Of a stretch of 64,000 bases of DNA, positions 10,820 to 22,228 are shown one piece after another. A program made the translations under genes and the position numbers. Under the pieces are notes generated by a model. It saw only the letters and a program-made list of their open reading frames with translations, did no database searches and was not told where the DNA came from. Position 1 is the stretch's first letter; every line of letters begins with the position of its first letter. Source of the stretch: an uncultured bacterium (GTDB lineage Bacteria; Pseudomonadota; Gammaproteobacteria; Burkholderiales; Burkholderiaceae_C); contig CAVPAZ010000024.1 of assembly GCA_963701725.1 (NCBI GenBank), positions 47,580 through 111,579 on the forward strand, in the 5' to 3' direction.

Positions 10820-11791
10820 ATGGCCCCATTGACCGGACTGCTCTACGCCTGCCTCGCGTTCTTCCTCGGGGGTTGGTACCTCGGCAACTGGAGCGGAAAT
10901 TTCTCGCTGCTGCTGTTCATCCTGACCCTCGTCACGCTGTGCTATTGGCTGGCCGAGAGGCTGCACTTCAAGCCACAACGCCAGGCCGCCGCGGCCAGGC
11001 TCGAGGCGCAGGACGGAGCGCGGCGGCTCGAACTCAGCCGCCTGGGCATCGCAAAGGTCGACGGCGACGTGGCGTCGGCCAAGCAGGCCTTGCTCGCGCA
11101 ACCCTGGTGGCTCGACTGGACGGCCGGCCTGTTCCCGGTGATCCTCGTCGTGTTCCTGTTGCGTTCGTTCCTCTTCGAGCCCTTCAAGATTCCGTCGGGG
11201 TCGATGATCCCGACGCTGCTCGTGGGCGACCTGATCCTGGTGAACAAATTCCACTACGGGGTTCGCCTGCCTGTCGTCAACAGGAAGATCATCGCCAATC
11301 ACGATCCGCAGCGTGGCGACGTGATGGTGTTTCGCTACCCGAAGGACACCAGCATCGACTACATCAAGCGCGTGGTCGGGGTGCCCGGCGACGAGATCAG
11401 CTACCGCGGGCAGCAGTTGTATGTCAACGGCACGCGCGTCCCGACCGAGCCGCTTCCCGAGTACTACGACGAAGACAGCATGCGCTACGCTCCGCAGTTC
11501 AAGGAGTTGCTGGGCAACGTGGCGCACCGGATCCTCGTCAACCCGCGCCTGCAGCCGTTCTACGGGGGAGACGACCAGCATGCGTTTCCCTTCCGCGAGA
11601 ACTGCAGCTACAACGTCGAAGGGCCGACCTGCAAGGTCCCGCAGGGACATTACTTCATGATGGGCGACAACCGCGACAATTCGCAGGATTCGCGTTTCTG
11701 GGGTTTCGTGCCGGACGAGAACATCGTCGGCAAGGCTTTCTTCGTATGGATGAACTTCGGCGACCTGAAGCGAATCGGCGCGTTCCAATGA
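10820..11791 (+). CDS. lepB: Signal peptidase I
   Basis: The ATG directly abuts the lepA stop. Motifs IPSGSMIPTL, YIKRVVGVPGD and GDNRDNSQDSRFWGFV. Confidence 0.95.
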   Translation: MAPLTGLLYACLAFFLGGWYLGNWSGNFSLLLFILTLVTLCYWLAERLHFKPQRQAAAARLEAQDGARRLELSRLGIAKVDGDVASAKQALLAQPWWLDWTAGLFPVILVVFLLRSFLFEPFKIPSGSMIPTLLVGDLILVNKFHYGVRLPVVNRKIIANHDPQRGDVMVFRYPKDTSIDYIKRVVGVPGDEISYRGQQLYVNGTRVPTEPLPEYYDEDSMRYAPQFKELLGNVAHRILVNPRLQPFYGGDDQHAFPFRENCSYNVEGPTCKVPQGHYFMMGDNRDNSQDSRFWGFVPDENIVGKAFFVWMNFGDLKRIGAFQ

Positions 11792-11841
11792 ACCGGGCGA
11801 TGTCGCGCGCTCGGTCACCTCACCTTCGGGAGCACACCCGC

Positions 11842-12219
11842 ATGGCTATCGAACATCCGCAGTCGCAGGCTCAGCGCGGCATCAGCCTGCTGGGCCTTCT
11901 GTTCTGGGCGATCCTCATCGGAATGCTGGCCCTGGTGGCGCTGCGGGTGCTACCGACCGTCAACGAATACCTGACGATCCAGCGCACCGTCAACAAGATC
12001 GCCGATCAGGGGCTCGCCACCGTGCCGGAGATCCGCGCGGCGTTCGAGCGCCAGAAGGACATCGAATACTCGATATCCTCGATCTCGGGCAAGGATCTCA
12101 AGATCACGAAGGAGAACGAGAACATCGTGATCCGCTTCGCCTACGAGAAGGAGATCGAGCTCGCGAGTCCGGTCTACCTGCTGATCAAGTACGAGGGCCA
12201 CTCCAGGCCGTCGCGCTAG
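11842..12219 (+). CDS. DUF4845-type small membrane protein
   Basis: ATG 11842 gives GISLLGLLFWAILIGMLALVALRVLPTVNEYLTIQR. The lepB-rnc position is typical of Burkholderiales. Confidence 0.7.
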   Translation: MAIEHPQSQAQRGISLLGLLFWAILIGMLALVALRVLPTVNEYLTIQRTVNKIADQGLATVPEIRAAFERQKDIEYSISSISGKDLKITKENENIVIRFAYEKEIELASPVYLLIKYEGHSRPSR

Positions 12220-12253
12220 CGCCAGCTGGGTTGACCGCTGCCCGGCGCCCCTC

Positions 12254-12958
12254 GTGGATCCCCGCCTCGAAGCGCTCCAGCAACGCAGCGGGTGTCGCTT
12301 CTTGCAGCCCGAACTGCTCAAGCGGGCGGTGACGCACCGCAGCTTCGGTGCCGATCACAACGAGCGCCTCGAGTTCCTGGGTGACGCGGTGCTGAACCTG
12401 GCGATCTCGAGCCTGCTCTTCGAGCGCTTCGGCGGTTCGGACGAGGGCGATCTGACGCGTGTGCGGGCGCACCTGGTGCGCGAGGACAGCCTGCACCGCG
12501 TGGCGCTGGCGCTCGGCCTGCCCGAGGTGCTGCGGTTGAGCGAAGGCGAAGCGCGTGGCGGCGGTGCCCAGCGTGCGTCGATCCTCGCCGATGCACTCGA
12601 GGCACTGATCGGCGCGGCCTTCCTGGACGGCGGGTTCGAACGTGCCCGGGCGCTGGTGCAGCGCCTGTTCGGCGAGGTCATCGCGACCACCGAGCTGGAG
12701 GCCTGGACGAAGGACGCCAAGACCGAGTTGCAGGAGTGGCTGCAGGCGCGTCGCCTGCCGGTGCCGGCCTATCGCATCAGTGCCACCCGCGGCCAGGCGC
12801 ACGCGCAGACCTTCGAGGTCGAATGCAGCGTGCCGTCGCTCGGCCTGGTGCAGCAGGGCGAAGGCCGCTCGCGCCGCCAGGCCGAACAGGAGGCGGCGCG
12901 CCGGGTGATTGCCCTCCTCGACACCAGCGACCGCCCGGGCGGCCCGCTGGACACCTGA
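12254..12958 (+). CDS. rnc: Ribonuclease III
   Basis: The [12 protein letters not shown] signature, a C-terminal dsRBD ([10 protein letters not shown]...QTFEVEC), and a GTG start. Confidence 0.95.
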   Translation: MDPRLEALQQRSGCRFLQPELLKRAVTHRSFGADHNERLEFLGDAVLNLAISSLLFERFGGSDEGDLTRVRAHLVREDSLHRVALALGLPEVLRLSEGEARGGGAQRASILADALEALIGAAFLDGGFERARALVQRLFGEVIATTELEAWTKDAKTELQEWLQARRLPVPAYRISATRGQAHAQTFEVECSVPSLGLVQQGEGRSRRQAEQEAARRVIALLDTSDRPGGPLDT

Positions 12959-12966
12959 AGCCATCG

Positions 12967-13905
12967 ATGACTGAACCCGTATCGCCTCTCGCCGGCGCAG
13001 CAGTGCCCGGCACCGCCCGGCACTGCGGATTGATCGCCATCGTCGGTCGGCCGAACGTCGGCAAGTCGACGCTGCTCAATGCGCTCGTCGGGCAGAAGAT
13101 CAGCATCACCTCGCGCAAGGCACAAACCACGCGCCACCGCATCACCGGGATCCGCACGCTGGCCGAGAGCCAGTTCGTGTTCGTCGACACGCCAGGCTTC
13201 CAGACGCGCCACAGCGCGGCGCTGAACCGCACGCTCAACCGCACCGTGCAGGGCGTATTGGCCGACGTCGACGTCGTGCTGTTCGTCGTCGAGGCAGGGC
13301 GCTTCGGGCCCGATGACGCCAAGGTGCTGGCGTTGATGCCAGCAGCCGGCGAGCGCGCCCGCCCGGTTGTCCTCGTCGCCAACAAGCTCGACGAGGTGCG
13401 CCGTCGAGCCGACATCGCGCCCTGGCTCAAGGGCATGCAGGAGCGCTACGCGTTCGCCGAGTTCGTGCCGCTTTCCGCGCGCAAGGATGCCGACGCGCGC
13501 CGCCTGCTCGAGATCGTCCGGCCCTACCTGCCCGAAGCGCCCTGGCTGCACGACGAAGAGGCGCTCACCGACCGCAGCGAGCGCTTCCTCGCCAGCGAGC
13601 TGATCCGCGAGAAGCTGTTCCGCCTGACCGGCGACGAGCTGCCCTACACCTCGACCGTGGTGATCGAGAAGTTCGAGGAAGAGGGTGGCCTGAGGCGCAT
13701 CGCCGCCGCCATCGTCGTCGAACGCGAGGCGCACAAGGGCATGGTCATCGGTGGCGGCGGCGAGCGGCTCAAGCGCATCGGCACCGAGGCACGCACCGAG
13801 CTCGAATCGCTGCTCGGCGCGAAGGTGTTCCTCGAGCTGTGGGTCAAGGTGCGCTCGGGCTGGGCCGACGACGAAGAGCACTTGCGCAGCTACGGCTACG
13901 AGTAG
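12967..13905 (+). CDS. era: GTPase Era
   Basis: ATG 12967 gives [23 protein letters not shown], and a KH domain at the C-terminus. Confidence 0.95.
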   Translation: MTEPVSPLAGAAVPGTARHCGLIAIVGRPNVGKSTLLNALVGQKISITSRKAQTTRHRITGIRTLAESQFVFVDTPGFQTRHSAALNRTLNRTVQGVLADVDVVLFVVEAGRFGPDDAKVLALMPAAGERARPVVLVANKLDEVRRRADIAPWLKGMQERYAFAEFVPLSARKDADARRLLEIVRPYLPEAPWLHDEEALTDRSERFLASELIREKLFRLTGDELPYTSTVVIEKFEEEGGLRRIAAAIVVEREAHKGMVIGGGGERLKRIGTEARTELESLLGAKVFLELWVKVRSGWADDEEHLRSYGYE

Positions 13906-13917
13906 GGCCGCGCCGCC

Positions 13918-14721
13918 TTGTACCAATCGATGGTCACTCGCACGGCGCGCCCGCCCGCCACGCTGCAGTCGTTCGTGCTGCACCGCTACGACTGGAGCGA
14001 ATCGAGCCTCATCCTCGATCTCTTCACGCGCGAGCAGGGGCGGCTCGCGGTCGCCGCCAAGGGGGTGAAGCGGCCGACCTCGCAGCTGCGCCCGGTGCTG
14101 CTGCCGTTCCAGCGTCTGCACGTCACGCTGGCTCGGGGCCGCGCGAACGTCGACGATGCGGCCCCGCCCGAGGTACAGACGCTGCGCGCGGCCGAATGGG
14201 CGGGCGGTGCGGCGATGCTGACCGGCGCGGCGCTGTTCGCGGGCTTCCACTGCAACGAGTTGCTGATGAAGCTGGTCGCCCGCCACGACCCGCACCCGCG
14301 ACTCTTCGACGCCTATGCGCAGACACTCCCAGCACTGGCCGCCCGCGACGACACCCGCGTGCAGGCGGCGCTGCGCGCTTTTGAATTCGTGCTGCTGAAG
14401 GAGGTCGGCGTGCTGCCCGACCTGAGCCTCGTCACGCTCACGCAGAAGCCGGTGGGAGAGCGCGACCGGATGGCGATGCTCCCCGAAGCCGGCGTCACCG
14501 CGGCGCAGCCAGGTGACCCCGTCCTTTCGGGCAGCGTGCTGATCGGGCTGCAGGCGGCGCTAGCCCACGGCAGCATCGCCGCGCTGAGCCAAGCCTGCGC
14601 GGTGGCCCTGCCCGAACTCAAGGCCGCGCTGCGCACGCTGCTTCACTATCATCTCGGAACGCCGGTGATGCGCACGCGGCAGGTGATGATCGACCTCCAG
14701 ACGCTGGCAACCTCTGCATGA
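13918..14721 (+). CDS. recO: DNA repair protein RecO
   Basis: SFVLHRYDWSESSLILDLFTREQGRLAVAAKGVKR. TTG 13918 or ATG 13930 could be the start. Lies in the conserved era-recO-pdxJ order. Confidence 0.88.
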   Translation: MYQSMVTRTARPPATLQSFVLHRYDWSESSLILDLFTREQGRLAVAAKGVKRPTSQLRPVLLPFQRLHVTLARGRANVDDAAPPEVQTLRAAEWAGGAAMLTGAALFAGFHCNELLMKLVARHDPHPRLFDAYAQTLPALAARDDTRVQAALRAFEFVLLKEVGVLPDLSLVTLTQKPVGERDRMAMLPEAGVTAAQPGDPVLSGSVLIGLQAALAHGSIAALSQACAVALPELKAALRTLLHYHLGTPVMRTRQVMIDLQTLATSA

Positions 14722-15530
14722 ACCCCTTGATCACGTCGGGCCTCGACGCGAAGCGCAGCGCCACGGCGCTGTCGGTGAACCTGAACCTGGTGGCGATGAT
14801 GCGCAACCGCCGCCCGCTCGACCTTCCGAGCATCACTCGCGCGGCAACCATCGTGCTCGAGGCCGGGGCGGCCGGTATCACAGTGCATCCGCGGCCCGAC
14901 GGGCGCCACATTCGGGCTGGTGACGTGCGGGACCTGGCCACTCTGCTGAAGGCTTGGCCGCAGGCCGAGTTCAACATCGAGGGCAATCCCTTTCACAACC
15001 TGATGGACTTCGTGCGCGAGCTGCGCCCGCAGCAGTGCACCTTCGTCCCCGATGCCCAGGGGCAGCCCACGTCGGATCACGGCTGGGACCTGACGCAGGA
15101 CGCCGACCGGCTGGCGCCGCTGATCGCCGAGGCCCATGCGCTCGGCGTTCGCGTCAGCCTCTTCATGGACGCCGAGCCGGCGGCGATGGCCGCTGCGCGA
15201 ACGCCTGGCGCCGATCGCGTCGAGCTCTACACCGAGCCGTACGCGGCGGCACATGGCACGCCGCGGCAGGCGGCGGAGTTGGCGCGCTTTGCCGGCGCCG
15301 CGCGTGCCGCCCAGCAGGCCGGACTTGGCGTCAACGCCGGGCACGACCTCAACCGCGACAACCTTGCCGACTTCCTCGCCGCCGTGCCAGGCGTGCTCGA
15401 GGTATCGATCGGGCACGCGCTGATCTCCGACGCGCTCGAACTCGGATACAGCCAGACCGTTCGCGAGTACCTGCGCTGCATTGCCAACGCTGCCGAGCTC
15501 GGGCGCCAGGCAGGCGGGCTGGCGCGATGA
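14718..15530 (+). CDS. pdxJ: Pyridoxine 5'-phosphate synthase
   Basis: [15 protein letters not shown]...[12 protein letters not shown]...EFNIEGNP...NAGHDLN. ATGA overlap with recO. Confidence 0.93.
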   Translation: MNPLITSGLDAKRSATALSVNLNLVAMMRNRRPLDLPSITRAATIVLEAGAAGITVHPRPDGRHIRAGDVRDLATLLKAWPQAEFNIEGNPFHNLMDFVRELRPQQCTFVPDAQGQPTSDHGWDLTQDADRLAPLIAEAHALGVRVSLFMDAEPAAMAAARTPGADRVELYTEPYAAAHGTPRQAAELARFAGAARAAQQAGLGVNAGHDLNRDNLADFLAAVPGVLEVSIGHALISDALELGYSQTVREYLRCIANAAELGRQAGGLAR

Positions 15531-15928
15531 TCTTCGGCATCGGTACCGACATCTGCGACATCCGGCGCATCGAGGCCGCGCTCGCACGACGTGGCGACCG
15601 CTTCGCCGAGAAGGTGCTCGGCGCGCGCGAACTCGTGGTGTACCGCGCCCGCCGCGAAAGGGCCGCCGCACGCGGCGTGCGCTATCTGGCCACGCGCTTC
15701 TCTGCCAAGGAGGCGTTCTCCAAGGCGATCGGCCTAGGTCTGCGCCTGCCGATGACCTGGCGTGCCTGCGAGATCGTCAACGCGGCGAGCGGCAAGCCAG
15801 CCGTCGAGCTCAGTGGCGCACTCGCTGCATGGTTCAGCGAGCGCGGGCTCAGCGCGCAGGTCAGCGTGAGCGATGAATCAGACTACGCGGCTGCCTTCGT
15901 GGTCGTCGAGACCAGGGACCGATCATGA
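15527..15928 (+). CDS. acpS: Holo-ACP synthase
   Basis: [16 protein letters not shown]...[15 protein letters not shown] overlaps on both sides. Confidence 0.93.
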   Translation: MIFGIGTDICDIRRIEAALARRGDRFAEKVLGARELVVYRARRERAAARGVRYLATRFSAKEAFSKAIGLGLRLPMTWRACEIVNAASGKPAVELSGALAAWFSERGLSAQVSVSDESDYAAAFVVVETRDRS

Positions 15929-17046
15929 TCCAGGCCAACGCACGCCAAGCTTCGCTCGCCACAGCCCCACTGCACGCACCGGTCGTGATCGACGTCGCCG
16001 GCCTCGGGTTGAACGCCAACGACCGGCGCCGCCTGCAGCATCCGCTGACCGGCGGTCTGATCCTGTTCGCGCGCAACTGGGAGAGTCGGCGCCAGCTGAC
16101 CGAGCTCGCCGCGGAGGTCAAGTCGCTCCGACCCGACCTGCTCATCTGCGTCGACCAAGAAGGCGGCCGTGTACAACGCTTTCGCAGCGATGGCTTCACC
16201 CACCTGCCGCCGATGCGCGCCCTCGGCGAGCAGTGGATGAACGACGGGCATCGCGGTGCCGGCAGCGGTGCGATGGATGCGACCGACGCCGCCACAGCCG
16301 CGGGCTACGTGCTCGGCGCAGAACTGCGTGCCTGTGGCGTCGACCTGAGTTTCACGCCGGTGCTCGACCTCGACCACGGCCCGAGCGGCGTGATCGGCGA
16401 TCGCGCCTTCCATCGCGACCCGCGCGTCACGACCCTGCTCGCCAAGAGCCTGATGCATGGCCTGGCGCTGGCGGGCATGGCCAACTGCGGCAAGCACTTC
16501 CCCGGCCACGGCTACGTGCGTGGCGATTCGCACCATGAGGTGCCAGTGGACCGGCGCAGCCTGAAGGCGATCCTCGCCGACGATGCGCGGCCCTACGAGT
16601 GGCTCAGCACCTCGCTAGCGAGCGTGATGCCGGCGCACGTGATCTACCCCAGGGTCGATCCGCATCCGGCCGGCTTTTCGCCGCGCTGGCTGAAGGAGAT
16701 CCTGCGCCTCCAACTCGGCTTCACCGGTGCCGTGTTCAGCGACGACCTGAGCATGGAGGGTGCACGCCGCATCGACGGGGCTGCGGTGAGCTACGCCGAA
16801 GCAGCGGCCACAGCGCTCGACGCCGGCTGCGACATGGTGCTGCTGTGCAACCAGTCGATGGGCGACGGGCGGGCCGTCGACGAGTTGCTGGACGGCCTGG
16901 TCGATGCCTGCTCACGCGGTCTGTGGCAGCCGGACCCCGACAGCGAGGCGCGTCGCCGCGCCCTGCTTCCCCAGGCAGCCCCGTTGAGCTGGGACGAACT
17001 GATGCACCACCCCGCGTACCAGCACGCGCTCGAGCGCCTGCCGTAG
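15925..17046 (+). CDS. nagZ: Beta-N-acetylhexosaminidase NagZ
   Basis: [10 protein letters not shown]...[14 protein letters not shown]...KHFPGHG...[11 protein letters not shown]. Confidence 0.9.
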   Translation: MIQANARQASLATAPLHAPVVIDVAGLGLNANDRRRLQHPLTGGLILFARNWESRRQLTELAAEVKSLRPDLLICVDQEGGRVQRFRSDGFTHLPPMRALGEQWMNDGHRGAGSGAMDATDAATAAGYVLGAELRACGVDLSFTPVLDLDHGPSGVIGDRAFHRDPRVTTLLAKSLMHGLALAGMANCGKHFPGHGYVRGDSHHEVPVDRRSLKAILADDARPYEWLSTSLASVMPAHVIYPRVDPHPAGFSPRWLKEILRLQLGFTGAVFSDDLSMEGARRIDGAAVSYAEAAATALDAGCDMVLLCNQSMGDGRAVDELLDGLVDACSRGLWQPDPDSEARRRALLPQAAPLSWDELMHHPAYQHALERLP

Positions 17047-17057
17047 CGGCGCCGATC

Positions 17058-20003
17058 TCAGCCAGCGTTCGCGTCGAACGGCAGCTTGTACTGCGAGAGG
17101 TCCTTTCGGGTCTCGACGAGCACCAGCGGGCCATCGTCCGCCACCTTTACGGGCTTCGGTTCGCGCGGCACGCGCACAGGTTCGGGTTCGAGCGCCATTG
17201 CGTCCCGGGCGGCCTGGATCTTGGCGGGATCGGAACCGACCCATTGCAGGCCCGCCGTCTCGGCCACCGAGCGAAGTTGCTCGGCATCTAGCACGAAGGG
17301 CTGCGCGACCTTCGGTGCCGGCGCCTGTGCGGCAGGCGCGGAGGCGACAGGCGCCTGGGGCGACGGCGCAACCTCGGGTCGCGCCGACACCAGTTCGGGC
17401 AATGGCGCACCGATGGCTTCAGGCGCTGGCTCAGTCTCGGCCGGTGTCGATGCAGCTTCGGCCGGCGCAGCGATGCCGGTCCCCTCGGCCTCGCGCGGCT
17501 CGCGCCGCTGACGGCCCCGCCCACCGCGACGGCGTCCGTCGCGCTCCGCGCCGAGCTCGGGTACCACGTCCTCAGGCTGCGCACTGCCGGTCTCCGGTTC
17601 GGTGCCTCTATCAGCCGGGCTCACGTCCTGCACAATCGCTGCCGATGCCTCGGCAGCAGCTGAGCCTTCGGCAAGCGCATCACCGCTCGCGTCCGGCGAG
17701 GGCTCGCTGCCTGGCGAGACGTCGCGTGCCTCGTCGCGGTCGCGACCGCCGCGGCGGCGACGACGACGCCCGCGCTCACCGCGGTTCTCGCCGTCCTCGG
17801 GTGCGGCGCCGCCGGGCAGCGTGTCGACGAAGCCGGACGTCGCCGCCTGCACCGTCGCCAGTTCTGCATCGGGCAATTCCGCTGCCGGTTCGGTGCGGCG
17901 TGTCTCGCGCTCGCTGCGCTCACCTCGTGCGCCACGCTCCCCACGCTCCCCACGCTCACCACGCGGGCGACGTGACTCACCGCGGCCTTCCTCCGTGGTA
18001 CCCGCAGCGACCGGCGTAGCCTGGGCGACAGGGACATCGGTGCGCTCCTCGCGCTCACCACGGCGGCCACGGCCGCGTTCGCCGCGACCTTCGCGCGCGT
18101 CGCTGCGCTCGCCCTCGCGTTGCTCGCCGCCGCGTCCTCCACGCCCGCCTCGTTCGCCGCCGCGGCCACGACCGCCACGGCCTTCTCGGCCTTCGCGCTT
18201 GGGGCCGGTCTCCGGTGCGCCTGGCACGACCGTCGGTTGCGCCGTCCTGGCCACCGGAGCCGGTTGCGGCGCAGCACCGAACAGACTCCTGATCCAGCCG
18301 AAGAAGCCACTGCCTGCCTGCGCCGCGGCGAACGGCGCTGCTGCTGCCGGAGCGCTCACCGGTGCCGCTGCCGGCACCGGCTTGGGTGCCACGACTGGCG
18401 CCGGCGTTTCGGGCAGGATGCCCTTGATCACCGGCTCCTGCTTGGCCTTGGTCTTCTCGCGCCGCGTGATGCCGACCTCGTCGTCGGGCTCCTCGATCAT
18501 TGAGTAGCTCGCTTGCAGGTTCTCCAGCCGCGGGTCGTCGTGGCGCAGCCGCTCGAGGCGGTAGTTCGGAGTTTCGAGGTGCTTGTTGGGCACCAGCAGC
18601 ACGGTGATGCGCTGCTTGAGTTCGATCTTGGTGATCTCGGTGCGCTTCTCGTTGAGCAGGAAGCTCGTTACTTCGACCGGCACTTGCACGTGCACGGCCG
18701 CCGTGTTGTCCTTCATCGACTCTTCCTGAACCATGCGCAGGATCTGCAGCGCGCTCGATTCGGTGTCGCGGATGTGGCCGGTGCCGTTGCAGCGCGGGCA
18801 GGTGATGTGGCTGCCCTCCGAGAGCGCCGGGCGCAGCCGCTGGCGGCTCAGTTCGAGCAGGCCGAACTTGCTGATCGCGCTCAACTGCACCCGTGCGCGG
18901 TCCTGGCGCAGCGCGTCGCGCAGGCGCATTTCCACGTCGCGCCGGTTCTTGCTCTCGTCCATGTCGATGAAGTCGACGACGATCAGGCCGCCGAGGTCGC
19001 GCAGTCGCATCTGGCGCGCGATCTCGTCGGCGGCTTCGAGGTTGGTGCGGGTCGCGGTTTCCTCGATGTCGCTGCCGCGCGTGCTGCGCGCCGAATTCAC
19101 GTCGACCGAGACAAGCGCTTCGGTATGGTCGATCACGATCGCGCCGCCCGACGGCAGATTGACCGTGCGCGAGAACGCGGTCTCGATCTGGTGCTCGATC
19201 TGGAAACGCGCGAACAGCGGCGTGTCGTCGCGGTAGCGCTTGACCTTGTGCGCCGTCTCCGGCATCACGTGGCTCATGAACTGCTGCGCCTGGTCGTAGA
19301 TGTCGTCGGTGTCGATCAGGATCTCGCCGACGTCGGCCGTGAAGTAGTCGCGGATCGCGCGGATCACCAGCGAGCTTTCCTGGTAGATCAGGAACGCGCC
19401 CTTGCCGGCCTTGGACGCGCCGTCGATCGCGGTCCACAGCTTGAGCATGTAGTTCAGGTCCCACTGCAGTTCGGGCGCGCTGCGGCCGATGCCGGCGGTG
19501 CGAGCGATCAGGCTCATGCCCTTCGGGTACTCGAGCTGGTCGAGGTTTTCCTTCAGTTCCTCGCGGTCTTCGCCCTCGATGCGGCGCGACACGCCGCCGC
19601 CGCGCGGGTTGTTCGGCATCAGCACCAGGTAGCGGCCGGCCAGGCTGACGAAGGTGGTCAGCGCGGCGCCCTTGTTGCCGCGCTCCTCCTTTTCGACCTG
19701 CACCAGCAGTTCCTGGCCGTTGGAAATCACGTCCTGGATGCGCGCGTCGCGGACGCTGGCACCTTCGCGGAAGTAGTTCTTCGAGATCTCCTTGAACGGC
19801 AGGAAGCCGTGTCGCTCTTCGCCGTAGTCGACGAAGCAGGCCTCGAGCGACGGCTCGACGCGGGTGACGATGGCCTTGTAGATGTTGCCCTTGCGCTGTT
19901 CGCGGCCTTCGATCTCGGTCTCGAAGTCCATCAGCTTCTGGCCATCGACGATCGCCAGGCGACGCTCTTCGGGCTGCGTCGCATTGATCAGCATGCGTTT
20001 CAT
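17058..20003 (-). CDS. rne: Ribonuclease E
   Basis: Intact 981-aa ORF. The N-terminal catalytic half begins [22 protein letters not shown]...[22 protein letters not shown]. The C-terminal half is Arg/Glu/Pro-rich low complexity ([15 protein letters not shown] repeats). Confidence 0.96.
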   Translation of the reverse strand: MKRMLINATQPEERRLAIVDGQKLMDFETEIEGREQRKGNIYKAIVTRVEPSLEACFVDYGEERHGFLPFKEISKNYFREGASVRDARIQDVISNGQELLVQVEKEERGNKGAALTTFVSLAGRYLVLMPNNPRGGGVSRRIEGEDREELKENLDQLEYPKGMSLIARTAGIGRSAPELQWDLNYMLKLWTAIDGASKAGKGAFLIYQESSLVIRAIRDYFTADVGEILIDTDDIYDQAQQFMSHVMPETAHKVKRYRDDTPLFARFQIEHQIETAFSRTVNLPSGGAIVIDHTEALVSVDVNSARSTRGSDIEETATRTNLEAADEIARQMRLRDLGGLIVVDFIDMDESKNRRDVEMRLRDALRQDRARVQLSAISKFGLLELSRQRLRPALSEGSHITCPRCNGTGHIRDTESSALQILRMVQEESMKDNTAAVHVQVPVEVTSFLLNEKRTEITKIELKQRITVLLVPNKHLETPNYRLERLRHDDPRLENLQASYSMIEEPDDEVGITRREKTKAKQEPVIKGILPETPAPVVAPKPVPAAAPVSAPAAAAPFAAAQAGSGFFGWIRSLFGAAPQPAPVARTAQPTVVPGAPETGPKREGREGRGGRGRGGERGGRGGRGGEQREGERSDAREGRGERGRGRRGEREERTDVPVAQATPVAAGTTEEGRGESRRPRGERGERGERGARGERSERETRRTEPAAELPDAELATVQAATSGFVDTLPGGAAPEDGENRGERGRRRRRRGGRDRDEARDVSPGSEPSPDASGDALAEGSAAAEASAAIVQDVSPADRGTEPETGSAQPEDVVPELGAERDGRRRGGRGRQRREPREAEGTGIAAPAEAASTPAETEPAPEAIGAPLPELVSARPEVAPSPQAPVASAPAAQAPAPKVAQPFVLDAEQLRSVAETAGLQWVGSDPAKIQAARDAMALEPEPVRVPREPKPVKVADDGPLVLVETRKDLSQYKLPFDANAG

Positions 20004-20672
20004 GTGCTCTCCTTCGCGCGCCGGCGCCGCTCTCTGCGAGCGAACGCGTGACGCATCACCGCCTGTCGCCGCCTGAGTGCCTCAGGCATGCGACGCTTCG
20101 ATGCACGAGAAACGGTGAGAGGAACGCTGAAGGAATCGCCCTGGACTGTGCGGTCGGGCCGATCAAGGGATCGGTCGGCCGGGCAGCGTTGGCGCGTGCG
20201 TGGCAGTGAGGAGGCGGATGCCCCGGCGGGACAGGCGGTCGACACCCGTGACGACACGGCGCGCTGCCGCTGAGCGCGGGCGCGAGGGTCGGGGCAGGGG
20301 GGTTGCCGCAAGGGCCGGAAACAACATTCGCAGGGTCACCTGACGCGGGCAAGAGGCTGCGCGGTACCGACTCCACCCGCGCTTCGCAAGCGCCTGCGGA
20401 TCGAACGCGACCTCTCGCCTTGAAAACCTTGTCTTTCCCCGGCCGGGCAAGCCCGCTCGGGGGTGTTCTCTTCTTTCGTTTGCTCTGCCGCCTGCCGTGC
20501 TTGGCCGCTCCGTCACTTCGGTGTCCGGAACCTGCCGATCAGGGCCTGCGTTGCATCACCTTGTTTGGCCGGGCATGAAGCCGGGCCGACCCGTCGCGTG
20601 CCGAGTGGCGCCGAGGCAGCCGGAGGAAATCCCCCGGTAAACTCTGCAGAATCAAACACTTAGAACGCAAAC
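20004..20672 (-). promoter_or_regulatory. Long rne leader plus the divergent rne/rluC control region (putative structured 5' UTR)
   Basis: ~670 nt without credible coding potential between rne and rluC. It has many GC-rich hairpins, and an AT-rich patch at 20,640-20,700 holds TTAGAA-18 nt-CATTAT facing rluC. In enterobacteria rne is autoregulated through its 5' UTR. The TSS is not determined here. Confidence 0.4.
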
Positions 20673-21749
20673 GTGGTGCGAGGCATTATAGAGGGCAAAG
20701 GCGCCGCGAGGGTCGCGCGGAAATGCGCCCCCAAAGCCGCCCAATCGCACCCGCCGCCAGCTGCCGCGCCGGCGGTGCAAAGGCTGAAGGTGGACGAGGG
20801 ATCGGAAGGTCAGCGGCTCGACAACTTCCTGATCGGCCTGTGGAAGGGCGTTCCGAAGACGCATGTCTACCGCGTGATCCGCTCGGGCGAGGTGCGGGTC
20901 AACAGAGGCCGCGCCGCGGCCGATACGCGCCTGGCGTTGGGCGACGAGCTGCGCCTGCCTCCGGTGCGCACGCCTCTCGCCGCCGGGCCCGGTGCCCGGC
21001 CGTCGGCACCGCCGCGGGAGTTCCCGGTCGTGTGGGAGGACGAGGTGCTGATCGCCGTCGACAAGCCCGCTGGCGTCGCCGTGCACGGTGGCAGCGGCGT
21101 GAGCTTCGGAGTGATCGAGCAGCTGCGCCGCGCGCGCCCCGACGCCCGGTTCCTCGAACTCGTGCACCGGCTCGACAGGGAGACCTCGGGCCTGCTGCTG
21201 ATCGCCAAGAAGCGATCGGCGCTGCTCGCACTGCAGGATCAGTTCCGGCGTCGAGAGACGGGCAAGACGTATGCCGCGCTCGTCGCCGGTGTCTGGCCGG
21301 CGTCGCGCAAGGTGATCGACCTGGCGCTGCACAAGACGCTCGACGCGGCCGGCGAGCGTCACGTGCGGGTGGTCGACGCAGGCCATGCCGACGGCCGGCG
21401 CTCGATTTCGCTGGTTGCGATCGTTGCGGCATGGCCAGCCTTCACGCTGCTCGACGTGACGATCAAGACGGGCCGCACGCACCAGATCCGCGTCCACCTG
21501 GCGCACGAGGGTCACCCCATCGTCGGCGACCCGAAGTACGGCGACTTCGCGCTGAACAGGGTGCTCGCGCGCGGCGAGGCGTTTGCGGGGCGGCGCTTCG
21601 AGCGCATGTTCCTGCACGCGCGCCGCCTGCGCTTCGAGCACCCTGCAAGCGGCGAGGTCATCGAGCTCGAGGCGCCCTTGCCCGCAGAATTCGCGGCGGT
21701 GGTGACGGTGCTGGAGCGGCCGCCGCGATCGCGCCAAGCACCGATCTGA
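20673..21749 (+). CDS. rluC: 23S rRNA pseudouridine synthase RluC
   Basis: S4 domain GQRLDNFL...VYRVIRSGEVRVN, then HRLDRETSGLLL and GRTHQIRVH. The start is uncertain (GTG 20673 or GTG 20775). Confidence 0.88.
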   Translation: MVRGIIEGKGAARVARKCAPKAAQSHPPPAAAPAVQRLKVDEGSEGQRLDNFLIGLWKGVPKTHVYRVIRSGEVRVNRGRAAADTRLALGDELRLPPVRTPLAAGPGARPSAPPREFPVVWEDEVLIAVDKPAGVAVHGGSGVSFGVIEQLRRARPDARFLELVHRLDRETSGLLLIAKKRSALLALQDQFRRRETGKTYAALVAGVWPASRKVIDLALHKTLDAAGERHVRVVDAGHADGRRSISLVAIVAAWPAFTLLDVTIKTGRTHQIRVHLAHEGHPIVGDPKYGDFALNRVLARGEAFAGRRFERMFLHARRLRFEHPASGEVIELEAPLPAEFAAVVTVLERPPRSRQAPI

Positions 21750-21757
21750 AAGCCCCC

Positions 21758-22228
21758 ATGTCCGAATACCAGGCGACGATACATTGGCAGCGCCGCGACG
21801 CCGCGTTCACCGACAACCGCTATAGCCGCGCGCACGTCTGGCGCTTCGATGGTGGCGTCGAGGTGGTGGCCTCGAGCTCGCCGCAGGTCGTGCCGCTGCC
21901 GATGTCGAGCGCCGCCGCGGTCGATCCGGAAGAAGCCTTCGTCGCCTCGCTGGCCAGCTGCCACATGCTGTGGTTCCTGTCGCTCGCCGCAGCGCGCGGG
22001 CTGTGCGTGGACCACTACGATGACGCCGCGATCGGCGTGCTGGCGAAGAACGCCGAAGGCCGGATGGCGATGACCGAAGTGACGCTGAGACCGCACGTGG
22101 TGTTCGGCGCCGGCACGGAGCCGACGCGACAGGCGCTGGACGAGCTGCACCAGAGCGCGCACGAGGCCTGCTTCATCGCCGCTTCGGTGCTGACGCGCGT
22201 GAACTGCGAGCCGGTGCATCATGGCTGA
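21758..22228 (+). CDS. OsmC family peroxiredoxin-like protein
   Basis: ATG 21758 in the frame of ORF 20723..22228. Reads EEAFVASLASCHMLWFL...LHQSAHEACFIAASV, the two-Cys OsmC pattern. Confidence 0.75.
   Translation: MSEYQATIHWQRRDAAFTDNRYSRAHVWRFDGGVEVVASSSPQVVPLPMSSAAAVDPEEAFVASLASCHMLWFLSLAAARGLCVDHYDDAAIGVLAKNAEGRMAMTEVTLRPHVVFGAGTEPTRQALDELHQSAHEACFIAASVLTRVNCEPVHHG

Noticed and set aside
9956-11818. 620-aa minus-strand ORF spanning lepA/lepB
   Set aside because: It is antisense to two intact, strongly conserved genes. Its Arg/Ala/Asp/Leu/Val-rich (R/A/D/L/V-rich), low-complexity translation is typical of shadow ORFs in high-GC DNA, and it has no recognisable domain.
12769-14295. 508-aa minus-strand ORF opposite era/recO
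   Set aside because: Same reasoning: it is an antisense shadow ORF of intact conserved genes with no motifs.
17520-18330. Short tandem repeats (cgctccccacg..., GRGG/ERGE-coding units) considered as a CRISPR array or satellite
   Set aside because: The repeats are in-frame, degenerate and lie inside the rne ORF. They encode the usual Arg-rich low-complexity scaffold region of RNase E. There is no repeat-spacer architecture.
18513-20051. 512-aa plus-strand ORF opposite rne
   Set aside because: It is antisense to the conserved catalytic half of RNase E, and its composition is a high-GC artefact.
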